This document shows positions 49,316 to 59,975 of a DNA stretch of 64,000 nucleotides, one piece after another. The stretch spans positions 128,001-192,000 of the forward strand of contig CAWBZI010000005.1 in assembly GCA_963793265.1 (NCBI GenBank), given 5' to 3'. The notes under the pieces are model-generated. The model saw only the letters and a list, made by a program, of their open reading frames with translations. It made no database searches and was not told the DNA's origin. The position numbers and the translations under genes are program-made. Origin of the DNA: an uncultured cyanobacterium. Lineage in GTDB: Bacteria > Cyanobacteriota > Cyanobacteriia > Phormidesmidales > Phormidesmidaceae. Within the stretch, counting starts at the first letter, position 1. Every line of letters starts with the position of its first letter.

Positions 49316-49702
49316 ATGCCAAGACAAAAGAAAAAATCCGCGGCCCTCCCTGACGCGGCCAAGCGCCTTTCAGGCATGAAGTCTATTGATCCTAAGCTCG
49401 ACTTCGGCGCAGGCTATTCTAATGCAGAGTTTGCCAAGCACATTGCCAAGGTAACCGCTAACCTGGATACCTACAACACACTGCTCTCTAAGGTTGATGA
49501 AGCCTACAATGCCTTCCTTGAGTCAGAAAAAGAGCTGTCAAAGTTTTCGGGCAAGATGCTGGCTAACGTGGCCATTCGCTATGACAAAGACAGCAGTGAG
49601 TATGAGATGGCAGGCGGGGTGAGGACGCGCGATCGCAAACGCCCTACACGAAAGGCCACTGCACCTAAAGCCACCACGCCTAAAGCCCTTGCTGCTGTGT
49701 AG
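49316..49702 (+). CDS. Basic helical 128-aa hypothetical protein
   Basis: KSIDPKLDFG.G, YN..LS.VD, Y.KDS.EYEMAGG.R..RKR; a family I recognise as recurrent and uncharacterised; followed by a terminator. Confidence 0.8.
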   Translation: MPRQKKKSAALPDAAKRLSGMKSIDPKLDFGAGYSNAEFAKHIAKVTANLDTYNTLLSKVDEAYNAFLESEKELSKFSGKMLANVAIRYDKDSSEYEMAGGVRTRDRKRPTRKATAPKATTPKALAAV

Positions 49703-49742
49703 ACTAATTTTCACTCGTTAAAAACAGATATCAAAGATGTGG

Positions 49743-49776
49743 GGTTTACTGGCGCTGGCTAGTGAACCTTTTTTTT
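49743..49776 (+). terminator. Intrinsic terminator
   Basis: GGTTTACTGGC-loop-GCTAGTGAACC followed by T8. Confidence 0.7.
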
Positions 49777-49840
49777 GCGCAGGTTTAATCATTAACATTA
49801 CAATGACTTCAAATTTACCGCTAAAAGAGGCCCCTAACCC

Positions 49841-50173
49841 ATGCGCTCTATTTACTCAGCTTTGCTTTTAACACCTCTGGCAGGTCTATTACTGGCAGCG
49901 ACCCCAGCCCCCGATAACCATGCATCGCAGCAGACAACTATTACAAGACTGGTGCTGCGCGACTATCAGGTAACCATTTCAGCCGGTGACAATGGGCGCG
50001 ATCGCTACGACATCTATACTCAAAACGGGCATCCCTTAGACACTAACCTAGACGCCTCAGCGCTTCAGGCCAACTATCCAGCGCTTTATGATAGCCTTCG
50101 TCCGGCAGTAGCCCGCGATACTGAGCCTTTAGATCGAATGTTCTTGATGATGGAAAACATTGATTTTCAGTAA
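49841..50173 (+). CDS. Small secreted hypothetical protein
   Basis: N-terminal signal peptide; AGAGG upstream. Confidence 0.65.
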   Translation: MRSIYSALLLTPLAGLLLAATPAPDNHASQQTTITRLVLRDYQVTISAGDNGRDRYDIYTQNGHPLDTNLDASALQANYPALYDSLRPAVARDTEPLDRMFLMMENIDFQ

Positions 50174-50197
50174 AACATTTTGAGCATAGAAGAAGTC

Positions 50198-51394
50198 TTA
50201 TATCGGCTTCGTGTCTCGCGGTTGCCTGTAGCGCAGCCATAAAACAACAGCCAGGCTCAGCAGCACCAGCGGCCAGCTTACCTGATTGAGAACTTCCCAA
50301 TCGAACCGATAGAACACACGACCTGAGAGGAAGGTCGCTAAGGCCACAAAGCTAAACACGGTAAAATCGTGCGCCGCCTGAACTTTGGCCTTTTCGGGCG
50401 GTAGATAAGTTTCAGTTAGCAGCGTAGTAGAGCCCACGTACATGAAGTTCCAGCCGAGGCCCAGCAGCAGGAGCGCTATGGCAAAGTGCCAGAAGCTAGT
50501 GCCTGCTAAGTTTAGGCCCACGCAGGCCAAGTTCAGAGCGGCCCCGGTGATCACGATTGTTAAAACGCCAAACCGTTTGATCAGCCAGCCAGTGAACAGC
50601 GACGGGCCAAACATGCCGAATACGTGCCACTGAATTACCGAAGCCGACTGCGCAAAGCTGTGGCTGTAACCTTCCATCGCCAGCGGTGTAGCGGTCATAA
50701 TGAAGGCCATTACGCCATAGCTAATCGTGCTGCCTAGCGTCGCGACTAAAAACTTTGGCTGTCGAACAATGATGCTCAAAGGCCGCAATGTCTCTTTTAC
50801 CTTACTTTTTACAGCGGGCGGCACCTGGAGAAACAACAGCAGCACCGAAGAGAGAATCTGTAGAACCAGCACGGCGACAAAAGCACCGATGTAAAGTTCG
50901 CTGTTAAACCAGTCTTTAGAGCCGGTGGCGACCCATGGGCCTAAAATAGCCGCGATAATGCCGCCTGCAATCACCCACGAAATTGCCTGCGAACGGAAGG
51001 CTTCGTCTGCAATGTCGGCAGCGGCAAAGCGGTAGTAGCCGACAAAGCTATTGGCGAGCCCGAGTACAACCATCGATAGCGTAAATAGCCAAAAGTGAGC
51101 GATGCTGAGGCTGTAGATGCTAAGGCTTGCGCCAATGATACCGAGCCCAGTACCGAGCAAAAAACCGCTGCGCCTGCCGATGCGCGCCATGAGCAGAGAG
51201 GCCGGGATAGTGGCGCTCATTGTAGCAACCTGCCTGAGTGCTAGCGGCATTGTGGCTAATGCTTTATCGGTTGCCAGGGCAAAGCCGACTAGCGCAGCGG
51301 TGGTAATCAATACGGTGTTAGTAGTCATCGCTAGCGCTTGGGCCAGTGCTAAAAGCGTGACCTGTGCTTTGGTGGCGGTCGTCGCGGCGGGCAT
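50198..51394 (-). CDS. MFS transporter
   Basis: About 12 TM segments; GRR.G loop, YRFAAAD, H..GM..PS..TG.LI.RFG. Confidence 0.9.
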   Translation of the reverse strand: MPAATTATKAQVTLLALAQALAMTTNTVLITTAALVGFALATDKALATMPLALRQVATMSATIPASLLMARIGRRSGFLLGTGLGIIGASLSIYSLSIAHFWLFTLSMVVLGLANSFVGYYRFAAADIADEAFRSQAISWVIAGGIIAAILGPWVATGSKDWFNSELYIGAFVAVLVLQILSSVLLLFLQVPPAVKSKVKETLRPLSIIVRQPKFLVATLGSTISYGVMAFIMTATPLAMEGYSHSFAQSASVIQWHVFGMFGPSLFTGWLIKRFGVLTIVITGAALNLACVGLNLAGTSFWHFAIALLLLGLGWNFMYVGSTTLLTETYLPPEKAKVQAAHDFTVFSFVALATFLSGRVFYRFDWEVLNQVSWPLVLLSLAVVLWLRYRQPRDTKPI

Positions 51395-51483
51395 AGGTGA
51401 TGCTCAAGAAAGTTTGAGCTTAGCACCGTTACCTGACGCTGGTTATCGAAGTGATAGATACTCGCTGCCCAATAAAGGCATTA

Positions 51484-51645
51484 GGGAGCTGCGCTCAAAT
51501 AAAGTACCGGCAAACCGACAAATATTGCCCTGGGCATAGCGTGCTAAGCCCCTACGTCACCGTCAATTTCTGTAGGGGCTTAGCACTGCTATGCCCGAGG
51601 CAATGAACAGCGCTATCAGCGGTACTTTATTTAGACGCATGTCCC
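51484..51645 (+). mobile_element. 162-bp MITE, copy 1 (25-bp imperfect TIRs, TTA target duplication, internal GTAG-REP-like doublet)
   Basis: Identical inverted copy at 60870-61031; TIRs GGGAGCTGCGCTCAAATAAAGTACC / GGGACATGCGTCTAAATAAAGTACC; TTA on both sides. Confidence 0.85.
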
Positions 51646-54513
51646 TTATAGCTGAGTCTCTATAAACTCTCGCAGTTGCTTGAGTTGAAACGCTTTCGCA
51701 AACTTCAGCAAGGGCTTGGTAAATCCAGCGCATTCTGGGTGGCTGCTTTGGATATCCTCAGCCTGCTTTACCAATTGATTTATCAGCCCCTTGCGGCTGA
51801 GGTCATGAAGCTTTTGAAGATCTTCTAGCGGCGGTAGAACAATCTCTGAAGGATCTGTTTGACTGCTTGAGGCATTGAGATTACCTGCTAGCTGAGAGGT
51901 TCCCGGCTGATCGCCCGCTCGCTCATAGCGCCATTCCAAGTTGAGTTGCTTTTTGATGGCTAAAAACAGACTGTCGGCCTGTACCGGCTTAGGAATGAAC
52001 TCATCTGCACCCGCGCTAAAACTCTTGTATTCATCGGCAGCAAAAACGCTCGCTGATGAAACAATAATAGGTACGCTCTTCAGTGGTGCTGGCAGTTCTC
52101 TAACATGCTTAATCATCTCGTAGCCGCCCATCACAGGCATAGCAATGTCGGTAATAATCAAATCTGGTGAATGGTCTTTGGCTTTTTGCAATCCTTCTTC
52201 GCCGTTGTGCGCCTCAATTACCCTAAAGCCGACAGGCTCTAGCAAATGGGTCACCACCGATCGGTTTTCCCAACGGTCGTCAACTACTAGCACAGTGCGC
52301 TCAGCCCCATCAAAGCCTACAATCGTCCCCTGGGGCGCGCTGATAGAAGAGGTCATCCAATCCCCGGCTTCGGTCGCGGTTATATCAAACCAGAACAGGC
52401 TACCCTGGTTAGGCTCGCTGCGTACTTCTAGCGTTGTATCCATCAAAGCGACGATTTTCGACGTAATTGCTAGCCCAAGCCCCGTGCCTTCTGATTGTTT
52501 ACGAGTATCGCCCACCTGCTCAAAGGGTAAAAAGATTTTCTCTATCTGCGCTTCTGACATGCCAATGCCAGTATCTTCAATCTGAAACCGCAGGTTATAA
52601 GAAACTGGCGACTCGGTTGGGTGATGCTGGCTACTACCGGCTAAGTGAGTGGCGGGTTGAGCTTTGACAATAAATTTTACGTGGCCTGCATCTGTAAACT
52701 TGATCGCGTTGCCTAAAAGGTTAATAAGCACCTGGCGCAATCGCTTTTCATCAGCATAGATACCCGTTGGCAGTATCCCATCGACTTCGTAAATGAAGTC
52801 AACCTGTTTTTGCTCTGCTTTAATCCTACAAATTTCAGCAATGCCCTGTAGAAAAGAAGAGAAATGAAACTCATTAGGATGAAGATCCATCTTTTGCGCT
52901 TCAATTTTAGAGAGATCAAGAATGTCGTTGATTAAGGTCAGCAGATGCGCCCCGCACTGGTTGATAATGCCAGCACCCTTTTGTTCTTTTTCAGGAAGCT
53001 GCTTTGATCGCAGCAAAATTTGAGCGTATCCCAAGATTCCGTTTAACGGTGTGCGCAGCTCGTGGCTCATGTTTGCTAAGAAGTCACTTTTAGCGCTATT
53101 GGCAACTTCAGCAAGTTCTTTCGCTTCTTTAAGCTCAGCAGTGCGCTGTTCTACACGAATCTCTAGCGCTTCGTTACTATCAGCAAGCGCTGTAAAAGAC
53201 TCTCGTAGCTGCTGAGCCATCCGATTAAAGGCAGAAGAGAGTACGTTTAGCTCACTAACCGCAGAACTTTTTACGGTTTGATTGAGGTTGCCGCTGGCAA
53301 TAGATTCTGAGGCTTCGCTGAGCTGGCGAATGGGCTGGGAGATCCAGCGGGAGGTGAGATAGCCCAAGATGAGCGCGATCGCTAAAGACATCAGGCACAA
53401 AACAATCGTCGTTCGCGTGTTTTTGTTGATTTGGCCCATAAAGTCTGACTCTGGCACCACGACCACAACCAGCCAGTCTAACCCTGTACCCTCGCCCCAG
53501 GGCATTACCTGCAAAAACTGACGCTCACCATCAAGCCTAAACGTAAGCTGCTCGGACGACTGAATATCACCCAGTCCACCAAAATTCTCAACAAGCTGAT
53601 CGACAGCGGCCCGCGCTATTGAGCTGTCTATTTCTGAAACGTGAAGCCTGACAGGCAGATCGTCAACAATATCGAAGGGCTGGTGTTTGCCTGAGCTGGC
53701 AACGAGCATACCATCTCGCTCCATCACAAAGGTGCGGCTGTTGGGGCTGATGCGTAAGTCTCTTAAAAAGTCGCTGATTTGGAGTAAAAGCTGCTCGACG
53801 CCGATGGCACCGATGAGCTGACCGTCAGCGTCATAAATCGGGCTGGCGTAGGCGATCGCGAGCGGAAAAGGGTTAATTTCCCAGCTATATACCGAACTCC
53901 ACACGGGCTTTTTGGCTGCGATCGCCTCTGGATACCAGCTCTCCGATTGAAAGTCATAAACATCAGGATCAAAGGCGAGCTTCGTTCGATTCCCCTCACT
54001 GTCCGACTTGTAGGCATACTGATTATTGTTGCCGCGCTTTGCCGGGGCAATCTCACTGATAACCACGCTATCCACGCTAGGGTCGTAGCCCGAGTCAGCA
54101 TAGTATCCAGACTCAGTGCCAAACATCACAAAGCCAACGTCATGCACCTGTCTGTTTTGCCAGAACAAATCGCCTAGCTGCCCGACCTCCTCAGGATTCA
54201 ACAGCCCCATGCGAAACAAGTTAACGTTGTTCTGCACGATTTTAGCAGGCGCAGACATATAGCCGTCGAGGTGCAGCGAGATTCGTTTGCTCGCTTCTTC
54301 TTCTAGCTGAGCTGCCAAATCTTCGACCGCCTCGCGACCGTTGCGTAAGGATAAGTATCCGGTAATCCCGACGGCTGCAAATATTTGGATGGCAAACGGA
54401 ACGACTAAAATCAGCCTTAGCGGTAGCGCTCTACGGCCACCATCAGGCTGCCGCCCGTGCAAGCTTTGTTTTTGAGCTTCAAGCGGCCTGTCGGAAATAT
54501 GAGACTGTTTCAT
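51646..54513 (-). CDS. Hybrid sensor histidine kinase (TM-dCache-TM-HAMP-HisKA-HATPase-REC)
   Basis: [41 protein letters not shown]...DIAMP.M.G. Confidence 0.92.
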   Translation of the reverse strand: MKQSHISDRPLEAQKQSLHGRQPDGGRRALPLRLILVVPFAIQIFAAVGITGYLSLRNGREAVEDLAAQLEEEASKRISLHLDGYMSAPAKIVQNNVNLFRMGLLNPEEVGQLGDLFWQNRQVHDVGFVMFGTESGYYADSGYDPSVDSVVISEIAPAKRGNNNQYAYKSDSEGNRTKLAFDPDVYDFQSESWYPEAIAAKKPVWSSVYSWEINPFPLAIAYASPIYDADGQLIGAIGVEQLLLQISDFLRDLRISPNSRTFVMERDGMLVASSGKHQPFDIVDDLPVRLHVSEIDSSIARAAVDQLVENFGGLGDIQSSEQLTFRLDGERQFLQVMPWGEGTGLDWLVVVVVPESDFMGQINKNTRTTIVLCLMSLAIALILGYLTSRWISQPIRQLSEASESIASGNLNQTVKSSAVSELNVLSSAFNRMAQQLRESFTALADSNEALEIRVEQRTAELKEAKELAEVANSAKSDFLANMSHELRTPLNGILGYAQILLRSKQLPEKEQKGAGIINQCGAHLLTLINDILDLSKIEAQKMDLHPNEFHFSSFLQGIAEICRIKAEQKQVDFIYEVDGILPTGIYADEKRLRQVLINLLGNAIKFTDAGHVKFIVKAQPATHLAGSSQHHPTESPVSYNLRFQIEDTGIGMSEAQIEKIFLPFEQVGDTRKQSEGTGLGLAITSKIVALMDTTLEVRSEPNQGSLFWFDITATEAGDWMTSSISAPQGTIVGFDGAERTVLVVDDRWENRSVVTHLLEPVGFRVIEAHNGEEGLQKAKDHSPDLIITDIAMPVMGGYEMIKHVRELPAPLKSVPIIVSSASVFAADEYKSFSAGADEFIPKPVQADSLFLAIKKQLNLEWRYERAGDQPGTSQLAGNLNASSSQTDPSEIVLPPLEDLQKLHDLSRKGLINQLVKQAEDIQSSHPECAGFTKPLLKFAKAFQLKQLREFIETQL

Positions 54514-54566
54514 TTTAATTCTGGACTGTCGTATTTGAGCGCGAGACTGCTGTTTTTAAGCCTGTT

Positions 54567-55160
54567 TTAAGCCCGAACACCTGGCACTTTGATCCGCTTT
54601 CTTAAGATGAGCACCATCATAGTTGAGGCCAAAGCAAATAGATAAAACGGGTAGGGAATAGATGCTAGGTTCCAGTCACCAGAAAATAGAATAGTGACAA
54701 AGTTCAGCGTATTTCCCGTCCAGAAAACGGCCCACGAAAGGACATCTTCGGTATCAGGTTCAAGGTAAGTTTTGCGAATAGTCGGCAGCGCGCCCGTAGC
54801 ATCAATCACTAAGTTAATAGTGAGCGCTAGAATCGGACTGTTGGTAAGCTGCCACAGAATGAGACTAACAAAGGAGATAATGAGGCAGGCAATATCGAAC
54901 TTTTCTAAGGCGTCTGCTTTGCCATACTTAAAAGAGAGTATGCCAATAATAGAGGGGCCAATAGCGTAGGTGAGCATCAGCCAAAAGGTTTCGTGCTCTC
55001 CGGCGGCAAAATAGCTGGCAAAAGCCGCCCAGCCAACGACGCTCCAAATCCACCAGGTTGCCGGATTGGGCGTTGTTTTTCGTTTGACAATAGCGAGGAT
55101 GTAAGGGATGTAGCCTAAAAGGCCGATGATGCCTGCGATTTTAGCGAGTTCGGCAATCAT
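54567..55160 (-). CDS. Small membrane protein, PQ-loop/SemiSWEET-like duplicated repeat
   Basis: IPYI..I.K..T.P...TW and LPTI.K.Y..P..E...W repeats; ATGA overlap with the upstream reductase stop. Confidence 0.65.
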   Translation of the reverse strand: MIAELAKIAGIIGLLGYIPYILAIVKRKTTPNPATWWIWSVVGWAAFASYFAAGEHETFWLMLTYAIGPSIIGILSFKYGKADALEKFDIACLIISFVSLILWQLTNSPILALTINLVIDATGALPTIRKTYLEPDTEDVLSWAVFWTGNTLNFVTILFSGDWNLASIPYPFYLFALASTMMVLILRKRIKVPGVRA

Positions 55161-56296
55161 AGTGCGTGAGGGGTGTGAATGAGCTGAGAATGATGAGCGG
55201 CGGCTTTAGGAATAAAGCCCTTTTGAACAAAGTAGTTGAGATAGGTGCTAAGCAGCTGACGATCGGCGGGCGGGCATTTGATAAGCTCGCCTTTGAGTCC
55301 GCGCTCTGTATTAGCACAGTCAAAGACGTAGTGGCCGCCTAGCCATAGCTCTAAGCAGGTTTGTTGTTCTTCTGGGCTGGCCTTGGCTGTAAAAGCCGCT
55401 AAGGTGCTTAGCTCGTTGGGCTGCGTGTAGAGCTGGTTTAGCCAGTCGGAATAGTTTGTGGGCGCGATCGCATAGCCCCTAGCCTGCAAGGTTGCCACCA
55501 GCTCCTTTAAATCAATAGGCTGAGGATTAACGATGTGAAACACCTTGCCAATCGCCTCAGGCTGATAGGAGAGTCGAGCGATCGCCTTGCTCACATAGTC
55601 CACAGGGGTCATATCTACCCGCATTGCCAAATCAGGCGCTGCCTGGAGCTGAATCAGGCTTTTGATAAAGCGGCACAGCACATCATTAGTATTAGAGTCT
55701 CCTTGTTGGCTATGCCCGGTCACCATCCCCGGACGATACAGACAAACCGGCAGTCCTTTTGCCGCTGCTTTCATCACTAGCTTCTCAGCGATCCATTTGC
55801 TTTGGGCATAGCCGCCCGAAATTCCATCTCCCTGCGCAATGCTGTCATTTTCATAAAAGACATCCGTGCCCATTCTGGCCAGAGACTCGAAAACATCCAG
55901 GGTAGAAATATGATGAAGCACCTTGAATCTACCCGTGGTTGCAAGCTGAATGACAGATTGGGTACCGCCGACATTAGCGCCTTTAAGAGCGGTGTAAGGA
56001 TAAAACATATTGACGTTAGCGCCGCTGTGATAGATAGCGCTAACCGATTGGGCAATCAGTTGAAACTGGGCCTCATCCATGCCCAAAAGCGGCCTGGTCA
56101 AATCTCCCATTACCGGCACAATGCGATCGTAGGCAATCTCGGCGGGCGGCAAATACTTCTCTAAAGAAGTTCGTAGCTTCTGCTGAGCTTCTACCGCGTT
56201 GTGGGCTCGAATAAGACAGTAAATTTTAGCGGTAGCGGACTGTTGTAAAAGCGCCTGTAGCAGAAAAGCCCCCAGAAATCCGGTTGCGCCTGTCAT
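55157..56296 (-). CDS. Thioester reductase (R) domain, C-terminal part of the frameshifted A-T-R enzyme
   Basis: TGATGFLG, NV.GT, GY.QSKW.AE, RPG.V.G. Confidence 0.88.
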   Translation of the reverse strand: MTGATGFLGAFLLQALLQQSATAKIYCLIRAHNAVEAQQKLRTSLEKYLPPAEIAYDRIVPVMGDLTRPLLGMDEAQFQLIAQSVSAIYHSGANVNMFYPYTALKGANVGGTQSVIQLATTGRFKVLHHISTLDVFESLARMGTDVFYENDSIAQGDGISGGYAQSKWIAEKLVMKAAAKGLPVCLYRPGMVTGHSQQGDSNTNDVLCRFIKSLIQLQAAPDLAMRVDMTPVDYVSKAIARLSYQPEAIGKVFHIVNPQPIDLKELVATLQARGYAIAPTNYSDWLNQLYTQPNELSTLAAFTAKASPEEQQTCLELWLGGHYVFDCANTERGLKGELIKCPPADRQLLSTYLNYFVQKGFIPKAAAHHSQLIHTPHAL

Positions 56297-56369
56297 AAAG
56301 ATGCCGTTTGGCGCTGTGCTTCTATCTGCGATCGCCTGCCTCTGCCAGCAGTTTACAGCAGTCCAACAG

Positions 56370-58268
56370 TCAGCCGCTTCCTGCTGTAGCTGCAGGTAGG
56401 CTCATATGCTCGCTTAAGCGGTGCCGATCGGTTTTGGTTTGGCCTACCAGCATCGCCATACTCGCCACCGATGGCATCGCCAAAAAGTCTTTGAGCGGGA
56501 TGCTGAGGCTGTGGTTTTTCTCAACGTAGGAGATTAGCTCCATAGTTTGCAGCGAATTGCCGCCTAGCTCAAAGAAATTGTCATTGACGCCAACTTTAAC
56601 AACGCCTGTGACCTTAGCCCACAGGGCTGCTAGCTCAGCTTCAAGCGGCGTACGCGGGGCAACATAAGCTTCTGCGAGGGCCGGACGCTCTAGCGTCGGG
56701 GCAGGCAAAGCTCTCTTATCTACTTTACCGTTGGCACTCAGCGGCAGGGTATCTAGCAGCATAAAAGCAGCAGGTACCATGTAGCCAGGAAGCTTGCCCT
56801 GAATGTGGGCACGCAGGCTAGGAATTTCGCCAGAAATAAGCTGAGGTAGCGTCTGCTCGGATCGAATCTTTTCATTGAGCACAACATAGGCCACCAGGCG
56901 CTTGTCACCGGGGATGTCTTCTCTGGCTAGCACAATCGCCTGTCGAACCTTGGCATGTTGTTCTAGTACGGTTTCAATTTCGCTCAGCTCTATGCGAAAG
57001 CCGCGAATCTTCTCCTGCTTATCAGCTCGACCGAGAAATTCTAGATGTCCATCGTCTCTTTGCTGTACGCGATCGCCCGTTTTATAAAGCCGAATGCTGC
57101 CTTTATCTTGAACTGAAATACAAGGATAGCTCTCAGCCGTTAGCTCAGGCCGATTGAAATATCCCCGTGCGAGCCCCTTGCCGCCAATATAAAGCTCGCC
57201 AATCAATCCGGCTAAGACGGGCTGACGCTGTTCGTCTAAAACATAAACTTGAACATTGTTGAGCGGTTTGCCAATCGGCAGAATCCGATTTTTGTGCGTC
57301 TCTACAGCATAGGGGCCAGCCAAATCGCATAGGGTTGTTACCACGGTGGCTTCTGTTGGGCCGTAGGTGTTCACTAGCCGAACGTGAGGCGGGGCATGTT
57401 GTTTCCACAGGTTGAGCCACTGGGGCACGGCGCGTTCGCCACCGATAATGACCAGACGGAGCGCGTCGGGAAACTCAGCGTCAGCCAGATCGGCGCAGAG
57501 CTTATGCCAGAAGGCAGTAGGCAAGTCAATCACCGAGATTTCCCAGCGCTGGCAGGTCTGTAAAAAAGCTGAGGTAGAGCGCAGCATTTCGGGCGATCGC
57601 AGCACCAGCGTAGCCCCGTGAGTCAGCGTGGCAAAAATCTCTTCGACTGAAATATCGAAGCTAATAGAGGCAAACTGTAGGACGCGATCGGCAGGCGATA
57701 GCTGATAGGTAGCACCCACCGACTGCACAAAGTTTATAAGCGCCGGGTGTTCAATCATCACACCTTTAGGCTTGCCAGTAGAGCCGGAGGTGTAGATAAC
57801 ATAGGCAAGCTGAGCGTCTAGTAAAACATCCAGATTCTCATCCGTTTGTTGGCCAATGATGTCTCCATCTGTCTCTATACAAACCACATCAGTAATTGTA
57901 TTGAACAGATTTTTGGTACGCACGCTATCTGCGATTAGCACCGGCACCTGCGCCTCTGCAACAATCAGATCGATCCGCTCCTGCGGATAGTCGGGGTCGA
58001 TAGGAACGTAGGCACCGCCTGCTTTGAGTACAGCAATCAGGGCGATCACCATTTGGGGCGATCGCGCCATACAAACGCCCACCAAGGTTTCTGAGCGAAC
58101 GCCCTTCTGTTGTAGATAGCGAGCGAGCTGATTAGCCTGCGCGTTTAGCTGCTGGTAGCTGTAGTGTTGGTCTTGATAAATGAGTGCGATCGCTTCAGGG
58201 GTTGCAGCTACCTGCTGCTCAATCCACAGGTGAATGCATAGATGCTGATTGCCTTCTGATGAAGTCAT
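56370..58268 (-). CDS. NRPS adenylation + thiolation didomain, N-terminal part of the A-T-R enzyme
   Basis: YTSGSTGKPKG, SFD, YGPTE, YKTGD, NGKVD, PCP motif FFELGGNSL; no condensation domain. Confidence 0.92.
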   Translation of the reverse strand: MTSSEGNQHLCIHLWIEQQVAATPEAIALIYQDQHYSYQQLNAQANQLARYLQQKGVRSETLVGVCMARSPQMVIALIAVLKAGGAYVPIDPDYPQERIDLIVAEAQVPVLIADSVRTKNLFNTITDVVCIETDGDIIGQQTDENLDVLLDAQLAYVIYTSGSTGKPKGVMIEHPALINFVQSVGATYQLSPADRVLQFASISFDISVEEIFATLTHGATLVLRSPEMLRSTSAFLQTCQRWEISVIDLPTAFWHKLCADLADAEFPDALRLVIIGGERAVPQWLNLWKQHAPPHVRLVNTYGPTEATVVTTLCDLAGPYAVETHKNRILPIGKPLNNVQVYVLDEQRQPVLAGLIGELYIGGKGLARGYFNRPELTAESYPCISVQDKGSIRLYKTGDRVQQRDDGHLEFLGRADKQEKIRGFRIELSEIETVLEQHAKVRQAIVLAREDIPGDKRLVAYVVLNEKIRSEQTLPQLISGEIPSLRAHIQGKLPGYMVPAAFMLLDTLPLSANGKVDKRALPAPTLERPALAEAYVAPRTPLEAELAALWAKVTGVVKVGVNDNFFELGGNSLQTMELISYVEKNHSLSIPLKDFLAMPSVASMAMLVGQTKTDRHRLSEHMSLPAATAGSG

Positions 58269-58590
58269 GATTCCTGTGGTGAAGGTGAAAAACGCATACT
58301 TTGCGCACCTTTTGCACACCTATGGCGACAGTGTATGTCGATAGACAATCCATAAGGTTGATTGGGAGCAAGGTACTTTAAATACATTGCCCATCTCATA
58401 TCAACCTTTCAACATCAAAGAAAACCTGATGCCTCCTCTAGATTTATGCGTAAAATCAGCCTTATTACTTAATATCAGCTACCGATAAATAAAGATGATG
58501 CTGCTGGCAGATTCGGGAATATTTATACAAATACAGTTGATACGTCCTGAATTCTAGACATTCCAACCCTCCAGGTTAAAAGTAGGTTAC

Positions 58591-59943
58591 ATGCTCTCTT
58601 CTGCTGATACTCAAAGCATCTTAATTGTTGACGACAACCCGACAAACTTAGAAGTGCTCTCTGAGTCTTTGAGTGAGGAGGGCTTTCAAGTAGCGGTTGC
58701 TATAGATGGCGAAAGCGCACTAGAGCAGGTAAGCTATCATCCGCCCTCCTTAATTTTGCTAGATGTGATGATGCCAGGCATTGATGGCTTTGAAACCTGC
58801 GTTCGCCTTAAAGCCAACCCAGAGACTCAAGATATTCCAGTAATTTTTATGACAGCCCTATCCGATACTGATAAAAAGGTAAAAGGACTGTCATTAGGGG
58901 CCGTAGACTACATCACTAAGCCCTTTGAGTACGAAGAAGTCAGAGCGCGGGTGCGGGTGCATCTTAAGGTTGAAAACCTGACAAAAACGCTACAGCACCA
59001 AAACCAACAGTTAGAAATTCGCGTAGAACAACGGACGAAAGCGCTATCAGACGCTCTTAAAAAGCTTCAGCTCACTCAGGTTGAACTGATTCAGCGAGAA
59101 AAGCTATCGGCGCTTGGCCAGCTCGTGGCAGGCATTGCCCACGAAATCAACAATCCGATCAATTTTATCCATGGCAATATCGAACACGCTAGTAACTACA
59201 CTCATGACTTACTAGAGATAGTCAATCTCTATCAGCAGTCTTGCCCAGCGCTTTCGCCTGAGATTCAAGCGCAGATAGACGATATTGACGTAGATTTTTT
59301 ATCAGAAGATTTGCCCAAACTCATACGTTCAATGCAGGTCGGCACAGACCGCATTCGTAGCATTGTTTTGAGCTTGCGCATTTTCTCTCGGCTGGATGAA
59401 GCTGAAATTAAAGATGTGGATTTGCACGAAGGCATTGATAGCACCTTGATGATCTTAAATAGCCGACTAAAAGCACAGTCAACCCGAGCAGATATTTTAG
59501 TGGTTAAAGAATACGGCGACCTGCCGCAGGTGAAGTGCTATCCTGGCCAGCTCAATCAGGTTTTTATGAATATTTTAAGCAACGCGATTGATGCGCTAGA
59601 AGAGCAGTATGCAAAAAACAGCCTACGCGACGACACTGACAGTAGCTGGCATCCTGAGATTAAGATTCGAACAGAGCAGTGTGACGCTGAGAAGGTTAGC
59701 ATCCATATTGCGGATAACGGTATGGGCATTCCAGAGGCGCTGCAACAGAAGATTTTTGATCCTTTTTTCACAACAAAGGCAGTGGGCAAAGGAACCGGTT
59801 TGGGGATGTCTATTAGCCATGAAATTGTCACTGAAAAGCACCACGGAACGCTATCCGTCTGTACGCTATCTCCCCACGGAACTCAGTTCACAATCACAAT
59901 TCCAACTTTTCAGAATGGGCCAAAGCTGAACGCATTCAATTAA
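58591..59943 (+). CDS. REC-histidine kinase hybrid (cytoplasmic)
   Basis: ILIVDD, LLDVMMP, AHEINNP, NQVFMN, DNG.G, GTGLG. Confidence 0.92.
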   Translation: MLSSADTQSILIVDDNPTNLEVLSESLSEEGFQVAVAIDGESALEQVSYHPPSLILLDVMMPGIDGFETCVRLKANPETQDIPVIFMTALSDTDKKVKGLSLGAVDYITKPFEYEEVRARVRVHLKVENLTKTLQHQNQQLEIRVEQRTKALSDALKKLQLTQVELIQREKLSALGQLVAGIAHEINNPINFIHGNIEHASNYTHDLLEIVNLYQQSCPALSPEIQAQIDDIDVDFLSEDLPKLIRSMQVGTDRIRSIVLSLRIFSRLDEAEIKDVDLHEGIDSTLMILNSRLKAQSTRADILVVKEYGDLPQVKCYPGQLNQVFMNILSNAIDALEEQYAKNSLRDDTDSSWHPEIKIRTEQCDAEKVSIHIADNGMGIPEALQQKIFDPFFTTKAVGKGTGLGMSISHEIVTEKHHGTLSVCTLSPHGTQFTITIPTFQNGPKLNAFN

Positions 59944-59975
59944 GATGCGAGTCTACGCTAGTTTGACAAAACATC

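Noticed and set aside
46294..50200. Prophage or integrative element at tRNA-Arg
   Set aside because: No integrase, phage structural genes or duplicated att core are visible.
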